A DNA stretch of 64,000 bases from the NCBI GenBank assembly GCA_965228855.1, contig CBDDIJ010000005.1, forward strand, positions 1,376,001 to 1,440,000, read 5' to 3'. The translations under genes and the position numbers were made by a program. The stretch is from Candidatus Obscuribacterales bacterium. GTDB taxonomy: Bacteria > Cyanobacteriota > Vampirovibrionia > Obscuribacterales > Obscuribacteraceae. This document shows positions 19,952-29,833 of this stretch, one piece after another (position 1 is the stretch's first letter; each line of letters opens with the position of its first letter). The notes under the pieces were generated by a model, which saw only the letters and a program-made list of their open reading frames with translations, ran no database searches and was not told the DNA's origin.

Positions 19952-20521
19952 ATGTCCATACTTGTCGACCATGAAATTAGAGAGGAAATTCGCTCGGAAC
20001 GTCTCATTATTGAGCCGTTCGACGACTCACTCATCCAACCTAATTCGATCGACGTTAGACTTGCAGACCGTTTCTCCTGGCATGAAAACGGCGATGGGGT
20101 CATCGATCCCTACAAATCGGAGAGCGTGCTCGAAGGTCTCGTTCATGTAGTTGGAGACAGCATCGTCATCCAGCCGCATCAATTTGTTCTCGGAGCGACT
20201 CTTGAGAAAGTATGCTTGCCGGACGACATTGTCGGACAGCTCACAGGCAAGTCAAGCCTGGCAAGACTCGGCGTGATGGTTCACGTTACCGCCGGATTCA
20301 TCGACGCCGGCTTCAGCAACCCACCTGCACAGATCACGCTGGAGATCGTCAATGTGGGCAATCGACCGGTTCGTCTCCACGCTGGAATGTGCATTGCCCA
20401 AATGGTATTCACAAGGACCGCACGCTGTGAAGTCCCATACAACTTGAAACCATCCGCAAAATATAACGGTCAACCGGCGGCCGCTCACAGCCGCTACTAC
20501 CTCAACAGTGTCAGCGGCTGA
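19952..20521 (+). CDS. dcd: dCTP deaminase
   Basis: IQPNSIDVRL, GKSSLARLG, TAGFIDAGF, ITLEI. Confidence 0.92.
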   Translation: MSILVDHEIREEIRSERLIIEPFDDSLIQPNSIDVRLADRFSWHENGDGVIDPYKSESVLEGLVHVVGDSIVIQPHQFVLGATLEKVCLPDDIVGQLTGKSSLARLGVMVHVTAGFIDAGFSNPPAQITLEIVNVGNRPVRLHAGMCIAQMVFTRTARCEVPYNLKPSAKYNGQPAAAHSRYYLNSVSG

Positions 20522-20879
20522 AAAGCTGGCATCGATGGGTCAGAGGTATCGAGAAATAGCGCCGACCTCGACGAAATCGACGAGACCAAGTAATCGCTGA
20601 TCGCAACTTGCGTTGGCGTACCTTAAATCTTCTCGCCCAGGCTACGGACGGGAAGATTTTTGTATGCGCGAAAATGCCTGTAGTATTGAATAATCGGCAT
20701 TTGTTTAAAACGTTTAATAAACCACAGTGGGAATCTTCCCATGGCCCCCGTGGTTACACGCATTTACCACCCCATACTCTCGGTCTTAATATCTGAATAC
20801 CGCTAACAGCGAGGCACAAGCTCAATTTTTCCTGATGGCGTAGTGAGTGCCAGTTTTTATAACTCGGAGGAGTTAAACA

Positions 20880-23330
20880 ATGGGAGATGGTCCTTTCAGA
20901 GAGCCCCAAGAACCCGGAAATGCCCCAGGTAGAGCCCGGTACGGCGGCTTATCCCCGTTAGTCGAAGACATGGGCAAACCAAAGCCCAAATCTTCTGATC
21001 CATATTTTACGCCGCCATCAGACGGTACGCCGGGAAGAGGCAGACCTTATCTAGATCCGCCGGCATTCAAGCCTGGCGGCGAACAGCAAAATCCAGGCGG
21101 ACAGCCGCCGGTAGCTCCAGCGCCGGAAGTGCGTCAGCCAGAGCAGCCCAAGTGGACGCCACCCAAGAACACACCGGATTGGAATACAAAGCAACCCTAC
21201 AGCGATGCGGCGAAGCCGGGTCAACAGCAACAGTCGCCGCTTGGAGACGCCATCGGTAGCAAGTCTAAGTTGATGGTCGAATCGCGCGACGTTCAACGTG
21301 GCTCGAATCTCTCTAAAGCGATCATCGGCGGCACCGCGGCTGGCTTGTTCGGAGAGCCTCTGATCAAGGTCACCGGCGCTGCCGCAGACAAAGGTATAGC
21401 GGTCCAGGGCGATGGACTCTTCTCGCGTGGTCTCCGCAGCACCGCGGAAATCTGGAAGAACAACGTCGACCCGGTCGGCATACACTCATCGCAGATTGCC
21501 AAAGAAGAGTCAATCGTGGGCAAAGCATTTGCCGGCGTCGAGAAAACGTACACGATGGACGAACAACTTCTCACCAAGATGAAGTCATCGAGCGCTCTGC
21601 TCCCTGAAGAGCGCGCTCACCTTCTAACTTTGAAAACGGGTCTGGGCATCAAAGATGATGCAAAACTCGTTCAAGTCTTGATGGAGCGTCAGGCACACTT
21701 CAACCCAACCGCCATCAAAGCCTTGAATTCAGCCGAAACAGTCGATCACCTTGCGAAAATTCGCGCACTCGAGTTATCTGCAGATCAGAAGATCCTGACG
21801 ACCGCAGAGAGAGGGCTTCTCGAAACACGCTCATTGGCGCTTAAAAACATCGGCACGCTTGAAGTGGCAGCGAAAGAGGCTGGTACTGAAGCAAAATGGT
21901 TTACCGGAAAAGGCGCATGGAGCAATTTCAAAACCGCATTCGGTCTCACGTTGGGTTCCGGTGCGGCAATCGAAATCGACCATACCGTTCGCGATCGCAT
22001 GTATGGCAAAGATGCAAAATCACTGGAGACAACCAGTTTGACGGTACCACTGGCCATGGCTCTGGGCGCCGGATTCAAAGGCAAAACAGCATTGACTGTC
22101 GGTGCAGTTCTTGGCGGTCACCTGATTGATGGCGCGATTCCGAACGTATCAGTTCCTGAATCATTGAAGCACTTCACCGCATGGGACGCCGTTCCCATGG
22201 GTCTGGCATTCGTGATGCCCAGCAAGAGCAAAATGGTCAAAGCCGCACTGGTAGGCGGTGCCTGGGCGCTGGGCAATACTGCAGAGAGCGCATTCACCGG
22301 ACCATCCGCCGGTGATATCGAGAGTCGAGCAATCGATACGTCCAAGCAAGATAAAACTGAGCGGACCTTTGGCTCCTTTGAGAAAACGGTAGAAGGCTTC
22401 AAAGAACTCGGTCAGAAAAACGAAATCATTCTGGAGCAAAACCTCGGTCAACTTCTTGTAGATTCAAACAAGAATTACAAGACCATGAGTCAGGAAGAAA
22501 AACTCGGCGCGCACCGCACGACGGCTGCACTGGCAAGAGCACTCGGCGAATACCGCCTGGAGCATGGAACGAGATTGGCAGCTGGAACGACAGACCGCCC
22601 AACTTACATTCTTGACGGACTCGATCTGGACATGGGTGGCGACGCACTCGCCTTCTTGCAAATGTCGCGCAACAGCGTGAAAGGTTCGCAAGCCATGACC
22701 AAAATCATGATGGACAACCAGGCTTTTGGAACCAAGGTCACAGAACAAGAAGTCAAAGACCTGGACCGCGTCGCTGACAAAGTGAATGCCGACATCAATA
22801 AGATAACCGGCAAGCACGATCTTGAAAAAGCGATGGGTCAACTTTCGAACTTCATCGAAAGAGGTACCACCGCCAGCGGTGCTACCCTCAACAAGGAAAT
22901 CGCTTTCCACAAGACTTTCGTTGAAGAGCTCAATAAAAAGCTCGGAAGAAATATGCCGAATCTTCGGATGAGCAATGGCGAGATGAACCCTGATGCAGCG
23001 CTGATGGTTTCGAAACTGCTTCGAGATCAAGCACTTGCCAAACTGGCTCAAACCGCTTACAAGCTCGACCACGGTGATGACCCTATCGGCGCTGGTCAAC
23101 TCTTGTACGGCACACCGCAAGGTCGCAATGAGATTCTTCCGGGAACCGACAAGCCCAAAGGCTTCGATGGCGCAATGCAAGCAATCATGCTGGCTGAAAA
23201 ACTGGCGCCGGACAATCCGGATCTGGCTGAACTCAAAGCGATTGCTACTCGCCTGCACGAACAAGTTCAAGCGAAGGCACCATCGCAATACTCGAATTAC
23301 AAAACCAATCCGCTGGGCGTCCGCCCCTAG
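20880..23330 (+). CDS. Large hypothetical protein with a Pro-rich N-terminus and hydrophobic Gly/Ala segments
   Basis: 816-aa ORF with strong GGAGG RBS and its own terminator. Confidence 0.8.
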   Translation: MGDGPFREPQEPGNAPGRARYGGLSPLVEDMGKPKPKSSDPYFTPPSDGTPGRGRPYLDPPAFKPGGEQQNPGGQPPVAPAPEVRQPEQPKWTPPKNTPDWNTKQPYSDAAKPGQQQQSPLGDAIGSKSKLMVESRDVQRGSNLSKAIIGGTAAGLFGEPLIKVTGAAADKGIAVQGDGLFSRGLRSTAEIWKNNVDPVGIHSSQIAKEESIVGKAFAGVEKTYTMDEQLLTKMKSSSALLPEERAHLLTLKTGLGIKDDAKLVQVLMERQAHFNPTAIKALNSAETVDHLAKIRALELSADQKILTTAERGLLETRSLALKNIGTLEVAAKEAGTEAKWFTGKGAWSNFKTAFGLTLGSGAAIEIDHTVRDRMYGKDAKSLETTSLTVPLAMALGAGFKGKTALTVGAVLGGHLIDGAIPNVSVPESLKHFTAWDAVPMGLAFVMPSKSKMVKAALVGGAWALGNTAESAFTGPSAGDIESRAIDTSKQDKTERTFGSFEKTVEGFKELGQKNEIILEQNLGQLLVDSNKNYKTMSQEEKLGAHRTTAALARALGEYRLEHGTRLAAGTTDRPTYILDGLDLDMGGDALAFLQMSRNSVKGSQAMTKIMMDNQAFGTKVTEQEVKDLDRVADKVNADINKITGKHDLEKAMGQLSNFIERGTTASGATLNKEIAFHKTFVEELNKKLGRNMPNLRMSNGEMNPDAALMVSKLLRDQALAKLAQTAYKLDHGDDPIGAGQLLYGTPQGRNEILPGTDKPKGFDGAMQAIMLAEKLAPDNPDLAELKAIATRLHEQVQAKAPSQYSNYKTNPLGVRP

Positions 23331-23356
23331 CAGCTAGATTGTGTTTGAACTTCACG

Positions 23357-23386
23357 ACCGCGCCCCAACTCAGGGGCGCGGTTTTT
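23357..23386 (+). terminator. Rho-independent terminator
   Basis: ACCGCGCCCC/GGGGCGCGGT followed by a T run. Confidence 0.8.
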
Positions 23387-23467
23387 CGTTGAGAGTTAAT
23401 CACTTGACTTGAACTTTTTGGTGCGCCAATACGTATTTAGAAGTAGAAGGGTCAACGGAGTTGAACA

Positions 23468-25762
23468 ATGAAGCCACCAATCGTCACGGTGATTGGCTCG
23501 CTTTCGTTTGCGTCCGGTTGTCTTGTCGTCGCAAGTTGCGCCGATAGACTTACCGCCGGAAGCAGGCTGCTACAGCGCATAGCCAACGAAAACGCAGACG
23601 CACCATTAATCGTAAACCAGTTGATCGCGTGCCTGGAACTTGCATGGCCGGCGTTGCTTACTGTTGCGCTAGCCGGTGCGACCGTAGCGTGGCTAGCGGG
23701 CAGACGCATACTGGCCGGTGTTCTGCTGGTTACGCCGTTTATTGCAACCATTTACGCACTTAGCAGATTACCCAGACCCGATCCGTCTGACCTCTGGTTT
23801 CAACGCAACGCCGGCAACGTCGAGTGTATTTGTCGCGTCGAATCAGTCAGAAACAAGAACAGCCTTGTATGCTCCCCGGTGGAGATGACCTTCCCAACAA
23901 GAAAATGTTTGGGAGGCAAACTTCTTGTCACCATATTTGGTGCAAGCACTAAGCAACAAACCTACGGTATTGGCGAATCTATCACAGTCCTGGGGCGGAT
24001 ATCGCAGCTGCACGAAGCTCCCGCATCCTGGCAGAGAAACGAACGAAGCAGGCTGATTGGAAGCGGAATCTTCTCCAAAATCTCTACGGATGAGAACAGC
24101 ATCAAGCGAAACGGTTCATCAACTGACAGGATTCAACACTCGATTAAACCAATTGAAGAAGAGACGCTTTCTACAAAGTGGCAAAACTTCTGGCAACGCG
24201 CTCGAGAGGAAATCATCCGCGCGCATTCCAACAGCCTGGGCCCGGGCAAGGGCGATCTTTTATCCTCAATGGTATTGGGCGACCGCGTGGTGAAATTGCC
24301 AAAGGAAATTAAGGAGCTCTTCCGCGACGTGGGGCTGTCGCATCTGCTCGCGGCATCAGGGTTCAACCTTTCGATAGTGGTAGCATCCAGCTACTTTCTC
24401 GCACGCCTGTTGCCGGTACGCCCTCAGTTCGCGAGCCTATTTGCACTTGCAGCTACAGCCTGTTTTGTTTGTCTTGCTGGTCCCTCGCCGTCCGTGGTGC
24501 GGGCGGCCATGCTATCGGTATTCTTTCTCGTTGCCAAACTGTTTGCGCGCAAACTTCACAGCCTCGCTGCATTATCGCTGGTTCTCACTGTCGCGCTGGC
24601 GATTGACCCGCTGAGCGCATCGGACGTTGGCCTGCAGCTTTCGTATCTCGCAACCGCCGGTATCATCAGTGGAGCTCAATCGGCAATTGGTCGACCGAAG
24701 ACAAAGGGACTTTTGGAAGGGGTCCTGCGATGGCTTCAAGACTCCGCTTCGGTTATTTGTCTCGCACAGCTTTCCGTCTTGCCCATCCAGCTAATTTACT
24801 TTCAGTATGCCGGGGTTCTCTTTCTTCCGGCAAATTTGCTCGTGGATCCGGTGGTCGCACCAGTAACGGTGCTGGGTTTCATCTCATCAATCATCGTTTT
24901 CACCGCATCACTGCTTCCGTTTACAATCACAGGTAGCGGCATGCTAGTCGAATCGATCGACAAGCTTACCGCGCTTCCTCTCGACTATATGATGCAATGC
25001 GCGTCCTGGCTCGCATCCATAAAAGGCACCATGATCCGTATGGGGCCACCGGTGCCATTCGCATTGCCGATTTACTATTTTTGTCTTGCATACTTCTTCT
25101 ACGTTTTGCCGCGGAAAAACCTACGATCATTGGGATTGATCGTCCTTCTCGCCGGACTTTCCATCCTCTTATTCCGACCGAACATACCAGATGAGATTAT
25201 TTACCTGTCTGAAAAAACAGCCCTCACGATGACCACAAAGTCCGGAGTGGTGTTAAACGATGACAGCCCGGACTGGCTCAGCAAGCAACTCTTGAAATAC
25301 AGCGGAATCGAAAAGATTGAAGGCAATGCTAATCTAGATGTTCCCAGCCAAGTCACAATACCGACAAAACGGCGAGTCGGAAAAACAGCTCCAAAAGCCT
25401 CGTTCAATATCGGGATAAGGGAAACCCAAAACTTCGCTATCGTTTCACAGCACTCCTCGGAGAAATGCAGAGAAACACCTCTGACATGGACTCAATCTCA
25501 GTATGTTTTAGAGATGCTTGGGAACGACAGCGTTCAACTCACCGGAAAACCTCTACTGATCTGGACCAGGGGCTATAGGTCAACAATCAGAAGATGCAAA
25601 TTCATCAATCCGCAAAAGGTATATTTGGCTCTCGTCGACAGCCGAAATCCGCTGATAATTAGCCGCACTCCGACAGGTCCAGCTAATAAAATCACAGATG
25701 GAGAGACCTTCTATCCCTTGCGAATTCGCAGAAAGGAGGATGACGTTCTGGTTCTTCGATAA
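23468..25762 (+). CDS. comEC: ComEC/Rec2 competence channel
   Basis: GLSHLLAASGFNL, SPSVVRAA, GLQLSYLAT, many TM helices, upstream OB-like region. Confidence 0.85.
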   Translation: MKPPIVTVIGSLSFASGCLVVASCADRLTAGSRLLQRIANENADAPLIVNQLIACLELAWPALLTVALAGATVAWLAGRRILAGVLLVTPFIATIYALSRLPRPDPSDLWFQRNAGNVECICRVESVRNKNSLVCSPVEMTFPTRKCLGGKLLVTIFGASTKQQTYGIGESITVLGRISQLHEAPASWQRNERSRLIGSGIFSKISTDENSIKRNGSSTDRIQHSIKPIEEETLSTKWQNFWQRAREEIIRAHSNSLGPGKGDLLSSMVLGDRVVKLPKEIKELFRDVGLSHLLAASGFNLSIVVASSYFLARLLPVRPQFASLFALAATACFVCLAGPSPSVVRAAMLSVFFLVAKLFARKLHSLAALSLVLTVALAIDPLSASDVGLQLSYLATAGIISGAQSAIGRPKTKGLLEGVLRWLQDSASVICLAQLSVLPIQLIYFQYAGVLFLPANLLVDPVVAPVTVLGFISSIIVFTASLLPFTITGSGMLVESIDKLTALPLDYMMQCASWLASIKGTMIRMGPPVPFALPIYYFCLAYFFYVLPRKNLRSLGLIVLLAGLSILLFRPNIPDEIIYLSEKTALTMTTKSGVVLNDDSPDWLSKQLLKYSGIEKIEGNANLDVPSQVTIPTKRRVGKTAPKASFNIGIRETQNFAIVSQHSSEKCRETPLTWTQSQYVLEMLGNDSVQLTGKPLLIWTRGYRSTIRRCKFINPQKVYLALVDSRNPLIISRTPTGPANKITDGETFYPLRIRRKEDDVLVLR

Positions 25763-25845
25763 ATTCAACTTGCTTGTTTGGCACAGATACGTCATATTTC
25801 TCTAGGAGTCACGTATGAGATTTCAATGCAAGCAGCCCTTTTGTA

Positions 25846-28080
25846 ATGACGAAAACCGCACCACCAGAAGACATTTGCTCCAAGTGCGGCAAACAAAGAC
25901 GCGAACTCAAGAAGATGTCACTGACGCAATGGGTGTTTGCGGCAGGTGCTTGCAATTGTGATAGTCCGGTCAGAAACTCAGACGCGGCAAACGAATTCAC
26001 TTCCATGGTCGAGATCTGCGACCACTGCGGCTTGCCCGTAGTCGCCGGCCGCGCTGGCTCAATGACTCAATGGATCTTCCGAGCAAACAGCTGCTCATGC
26101 GCTGCAAAGCATTCGCTCAACCAATCGGATGAACGGACAAAAAACAACAAAACATCCACTTCTGGACCTTCCGAAAAGGTTTCACGTACATCAGCCGCCG
26201 ACGACCCGATCGATGAGGAACCGACTCCGCTCACCATCGAACTCGGTCTTCCGAAGGAGCGTTATCATGTACTCCAACTCGTCGGCAGTGGCGCGGTCTC
26301 TAAAGTTTATAAGTGCCTGGATAAGCTTCTACAGCGGGACGTAGCTATCAAGTTTCTCATCAATGATCGATGGACAAACCATGATCTCATGCAGTTTCAA
26401 ACGGAAGCAAAAGCGACAAGCAAACTGACACATCCAAATATCATAACCGTCCACGATTTTGGGTTAACAACAAAGGGGCAACCATATATGGTGCTCGAGT
26501 TTTTCACAGGAGTTTCCCTCGAAGATCTCATAAGCACGCGAGGTCCCTTGCCTGAAGATATTGCAGCAGAAATAGGAGCTCAGATCGCCGCAGCCATGCA
26601 GTATGCACACGGCAAAGGCGTTCTCCATCGCGACATCAAACCGGCGAACATCATGCTGATTGAAACCGATGATAACGTCGTGGCAAAGATCATAGACTTC
26701 GGAATCGCAGACTTGAACGCAAATGAAAGGCTGGCAGTCGACGGTAACTCGTTGGCAGGTACGCCGAGTTACATGAGTCCCGACCAACTTGCCGGCAGGA
26801 AAGCTGATCCGCGCTCAGATATCTACTCGTTAGGCTGCACCTTATTCGAGGCAATGACGGGTCGTCCTCCGTTCGAGGGGGCAAGCTCTCTGGAAATCGT
26901 GACCAAACACGCGAATGAATCACCACCCACTCTTCGAGAAGCGCTCCCGGAGCGCACATTCAGCGACAACATCGAGCAAGCAATCGCGACGACACTGCGC
27001 AAAGATCCAGAAAAACGATTTGAAAACATGGAAGACCTGCACTCAGCACTTACCAGTCTCCATCAACCAGTCGCGCCGTCAAGCAGCATCGATTCAACAG
27101 TTCCCGATATCACGCCAGCGAATCGCAGTCCTGCAAACGACAATAAACGAACGGCCAGAAACGTTTCTCTAATCGCATTATCGATCGGAATTCTCATAGG
27201 CGGAGTTACTCTTGTTGCTCCGATTCTCACAAAATCGGAAAGCGCCTCCGGCGATGCGAAGAAGAACCGCCGCTCATCCAGCGAGGCGCCCGAGAAACTC
27301 GACGACATTCGTTGGCAATCTCCATTCGGTCCGGACATTCAAGAAAACATGCAGACCAACGAGGTTCTGAAAGAATTCGAACATCGGAGAAACGTTCAAA
27401 ACATTTCAGTTCGCGGCGCCAACATAAATGACGACGGTTTGAAATACATAATGAACTGCGGGGTTTATTCACTGGGCTTGGAAGCCAGCAAAATCAGCAA
27501 CAAAGGATTTAAACAAATTTGCTCGATCAAAACATTGAGGCTCCTGAACCTGAGCCATTGCCCACAGCTGACCGACTACTCGTGTTTGAAACTGTGTCCG
27601 GAATTAACATCCCTCTGGCTTCTCAACAATGAACTTACAGATAAGGAACTCGAAAACTTCGCCGGTCTGCAAAAGCTCAATTCGACCAACCTGTCAGGCA
27701 ATCCAGGCATAACCGGAACTGGCTTTATCCACTTCCGAAATTTGAAAGCTCTCAGAGACTTGCGACTGAACAGCTTACAGTTCACCACCGACGGTATCAA
27801 ACGATTATCAGAGTTGAAGCAGGTGGAACTGCTTCAGCTGCGCTACTCGAACATTACCGACGCAGATTTGGACCAGATCGTAACCATGAGCCATCTCAGG
27901 TCTCTCAGCTTGATTCGCACAGATATCTCCGACTCCGGTATCATGAAGCTGGCCAACCTCCCTCATCTTGAAACTGTCTTTCTCGGCACCTGCAAAAACG
28001 TTACTTCAGAAGGCATAGCAAAATTGCAGAAGCGAAAACCTGGTCTCACCATTGACACCAACCAGGCCTACACACTTTAG
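25846..28080 (+). CDS. Ser/Thr protein kinase: Cys-rich N-terminal repeats, kinase, TM, LRRs
   Basis: VAIK, HRDIKPAN, DFG, GTPSYMSPDQ; one TM; LxxLxL repeats. Confidence 0.9.
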   Translation: MTKTAPPEDICSKCGKQRRELKKMSLTQWVFAAGACNCDSPVRNSDAANEFTSMVEICDHCGLPVVAGRAGSMTQWIFRANSCSCAAKHSLNQSDERTKNNKTSTSGPSEKVSRTSAADDPIDEEPTPLTIELGLPKERYHVLQLVGSGAVSKVYKCLDKLLQRDVAIKFLINDRWTNHDLMQFQTEAKATSKLTHPNIITVHDFGLTTKGQPYMVLEFFTGVSLEDLISTRGPLPEDIAAEIGAQIAAAMQYAHGKGVLHRDIKPANIMLIETDDNVVAKIIDFGIADLNANERLAVDGNSLAGTPSYMSPDQLAGRKADPRSDIYSLGCTLFEAMTGRPPFEGASSLEIVTKHANESPPTLREALPERTFSDNIEQAIATTLRKDPEKRFENMEDLHSALTSLHQPVAPSSSIDSTVPDITPANRSPANDNKRTARNVSLIALSIGILIGGVTLVAPILTKSESASGDAKKNRRSSSEAPEKLDDIRWQSPFGPDIQENMQTNEVLKEFEHRRNVQNISVRGANINDDGLKYIMNCGVYSLGLEASKISNKGFKQICSIKTLRLLNLSHCPQLTDYSCLKLCPELTSLWLLNNELTDKELENFAGLQKLNSTNLSGNPGITGTGFIHFRNLKALRDLRLNSLQFTTDGIKRLSELKQVELLQLRYSNITDADLDQIVTMSHLRSLSLIRTDISDSGIMKLANLPHLETVFLGTCKNVTSEGIAKLQKRKPGLTIDTNQAYTL

Positions 28081-28135
28081 ACGCGTGAACACGCCTCGAT
28101 AGCCGGTCTCAGAACGACGGCGGCTTCTCAGGTAA

Positions 28136-28166
28136 GAAAACGCCCGCTTCTTGCAAAGCAGGCGTT
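28136..28166 (-). terminator. Hairpin terminator between convergent genes
   Basis: AACGCCCGCTT/AAGCAGGCGTT imperfect stem with a T run on the minus strand. Confidence 0.5.
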
Positions 28167-28200
28167 CAATTCTATTTCGCGCGACGTGCGAGCGAACTAC

Positions 28201-29493
28201 TTATTTGCCCATCGCTGCAAAGTAAACCGCGCAAGCGTGATCCAGGTATTCGCGCGAGAGACGCGGTTCCGTCTGCAAGAATGCGCAGAGGTTGATGACC
28301 TGGTCGACAATGTCCCGCGGGTGGCAGCAACGCATTGCGCGCTTACCTGAACGGTATTGCGATTCGATCAGATAGTTGACCGCTTCCTCGTTGTACGGCA
28401 CACCGGTGCGTTGGCAGTATTGCAGGAAGATCCACTTGAACTCGTCTTCAGTAGGTGACGTGATGTTGATCTTGTACGGAATCCGTCTCAAGAACGCTTC
28501 GTCAACAAGGTCCGAAGGGTTGAGGTTAGTCGAGAAAACCAGGAGCTGTTCGAACGGCACTTCCAGTTTTTTACCGGTGTGCAGCGTCAAATAGTCGACC
28601 CGCTTTTCCAATGGAACAATCCAACGGTTGAGGAGCGACTTGTGGTCGATACGTTGACGACCAAAGTCATCGATGAGCAGCAGTCCGCAATTGGACTTCA
28701 GCTGAATTGGCGCTTCATACAGTTTAGTACCGTAGTCGAACTGGAGTTCGAGCATGTCGATCGTCAACTCACCACCGACGACGACGCAAGGTCTTTGAAT
28801 GCGCACCCAACGGTGGTCATAGTCACGCGGATAGTTAGCCGCTGACACGGGATCGTGGTTGTGGCTGTCAAACACACGGATAATCTGTCCATCGCACTCT
28901 ACAGCGTACGGAATAAAAATGTGACCTTTGAAGGAACGCACGATACGCTCTGCAATTGAGGTCTTACCGTTGCCAGGCTCACCGAAGAGGAACATCCCAC
29001 GTCCGGAGTTGATAGCCGGACCGACAGAGTTGATGGTTCTGCGGTTGACCATGATGTCGGAGAAGGCAACTTCCAGGTCGCGCGGTGTAACCGATTCGCG
29101 GCGAATGGTTTGATACTTGAGAGAGTCGATATAACGGTTCCACGGTACCGGGCACGGACCCACGTATGCGTTGTGGTCGAAGTAGGCACGAGCGCGGTCT
29201 CTGCCTTTTTCTGTCGGGCAGTATTCGTAGTCCGCCAATCCGCCTGAGCTTCTGACTTCAATGAGAAGCTGTTTCTTCAGAACCTCGAGAATTTCCTCGA
29301 CAATCTTGAAGGGGAGCATGGTACGTGCGGCAATTTCACGACCTAGCGCGAAGTTGACGAGATAAATGTCTTTGAGAATCAGCTCTTCCAGGAAGCCTTC
29401 CTTAAGACCAGTCTCGGCAATCGAGCCCGGATACGGAGGGACAAACTCCTGCTGCTGTTGAATACCGGTTGTCGTTCTGACCTGTTGAACCAT
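28201..29493 (-). CDS. AAA+ family ATPase of unknown function
   Basis: Walker A GEPGNGKT, Walker B LLIDDFGRQ, sensor FSTN, arginine finger FLRRI. Confidence 0.85.
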   Translation of the reverse strand: MVQQVRTTTGIQQQQEFVPPYPGSIAETGLKEGFLEELILKDIYLVNFALGREIAARTMLPFKIVEEILEVLKKQLLIEVRSSGGLADYEYCPTEKGRDRARAYFDHNAYVGPCPVPWNRYIDSLKYQTIRRESVTPRDLEVAFSDIMVNRRTINSVGPAINSGRGMFLFGEPGNGKTSIAERIVRSFKGHIFIPYAVECDGQIIRVFDSHNHDPVSAANYPRDYDHRWVRIQRPCVVVGGELTIDMLELQFDYGTKLYEAPIQLKSNCGLLLIDDFGRQRIDHKSLLNRWIVPLEKRVDYLTLHTGKKLEVPFEQLLVFSTNLNPSDLVDEAFLRRIPYKINITSPTEDEFKWIFLQYCQRTGVPYNEEAVNYLIESQYRSGKRAMRCCHPRDIVDQVINLCAFLQTEPRLSREYLDHACAVYFAAMGK

Positions 29494-29833
29494 ATTCTGT
29501 ATGCCTTTTGTTGTCTACATTGTCGCGGACAGATCTACATTCTAGACTACGCCTGCGCGTATAACTTAGTAAGTAAACCAGATTCTCCACTAAATATGTG
29601 ATAAATCGTGGGTCTTTATAACCTTCATCTGATAAATGTCAAGAAATGAAAGCAGTATAACCACTCTATCGCGTGAACAGCCGATCTGCCAATGATCTGA
29701 GCGCCTTTTTTGCGGAAGAAAAACCGAAAACATCTATGCGCTGCAGAATTTGCCTCATGATATCATTGTCGGCAAATGATACGACTTGCCCAAAAGTCAC
29801 ACAGCCTGGCTCTTTTGCCCTCATCCTGCCGCC

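Noticed and set aside
23393..23406. 14-mer GAGTTAATCACTTG recurring at about 55693
   Set aside because: A few 14-bp matches are expected by chance in 64 kb, and the flanks are unrelated.
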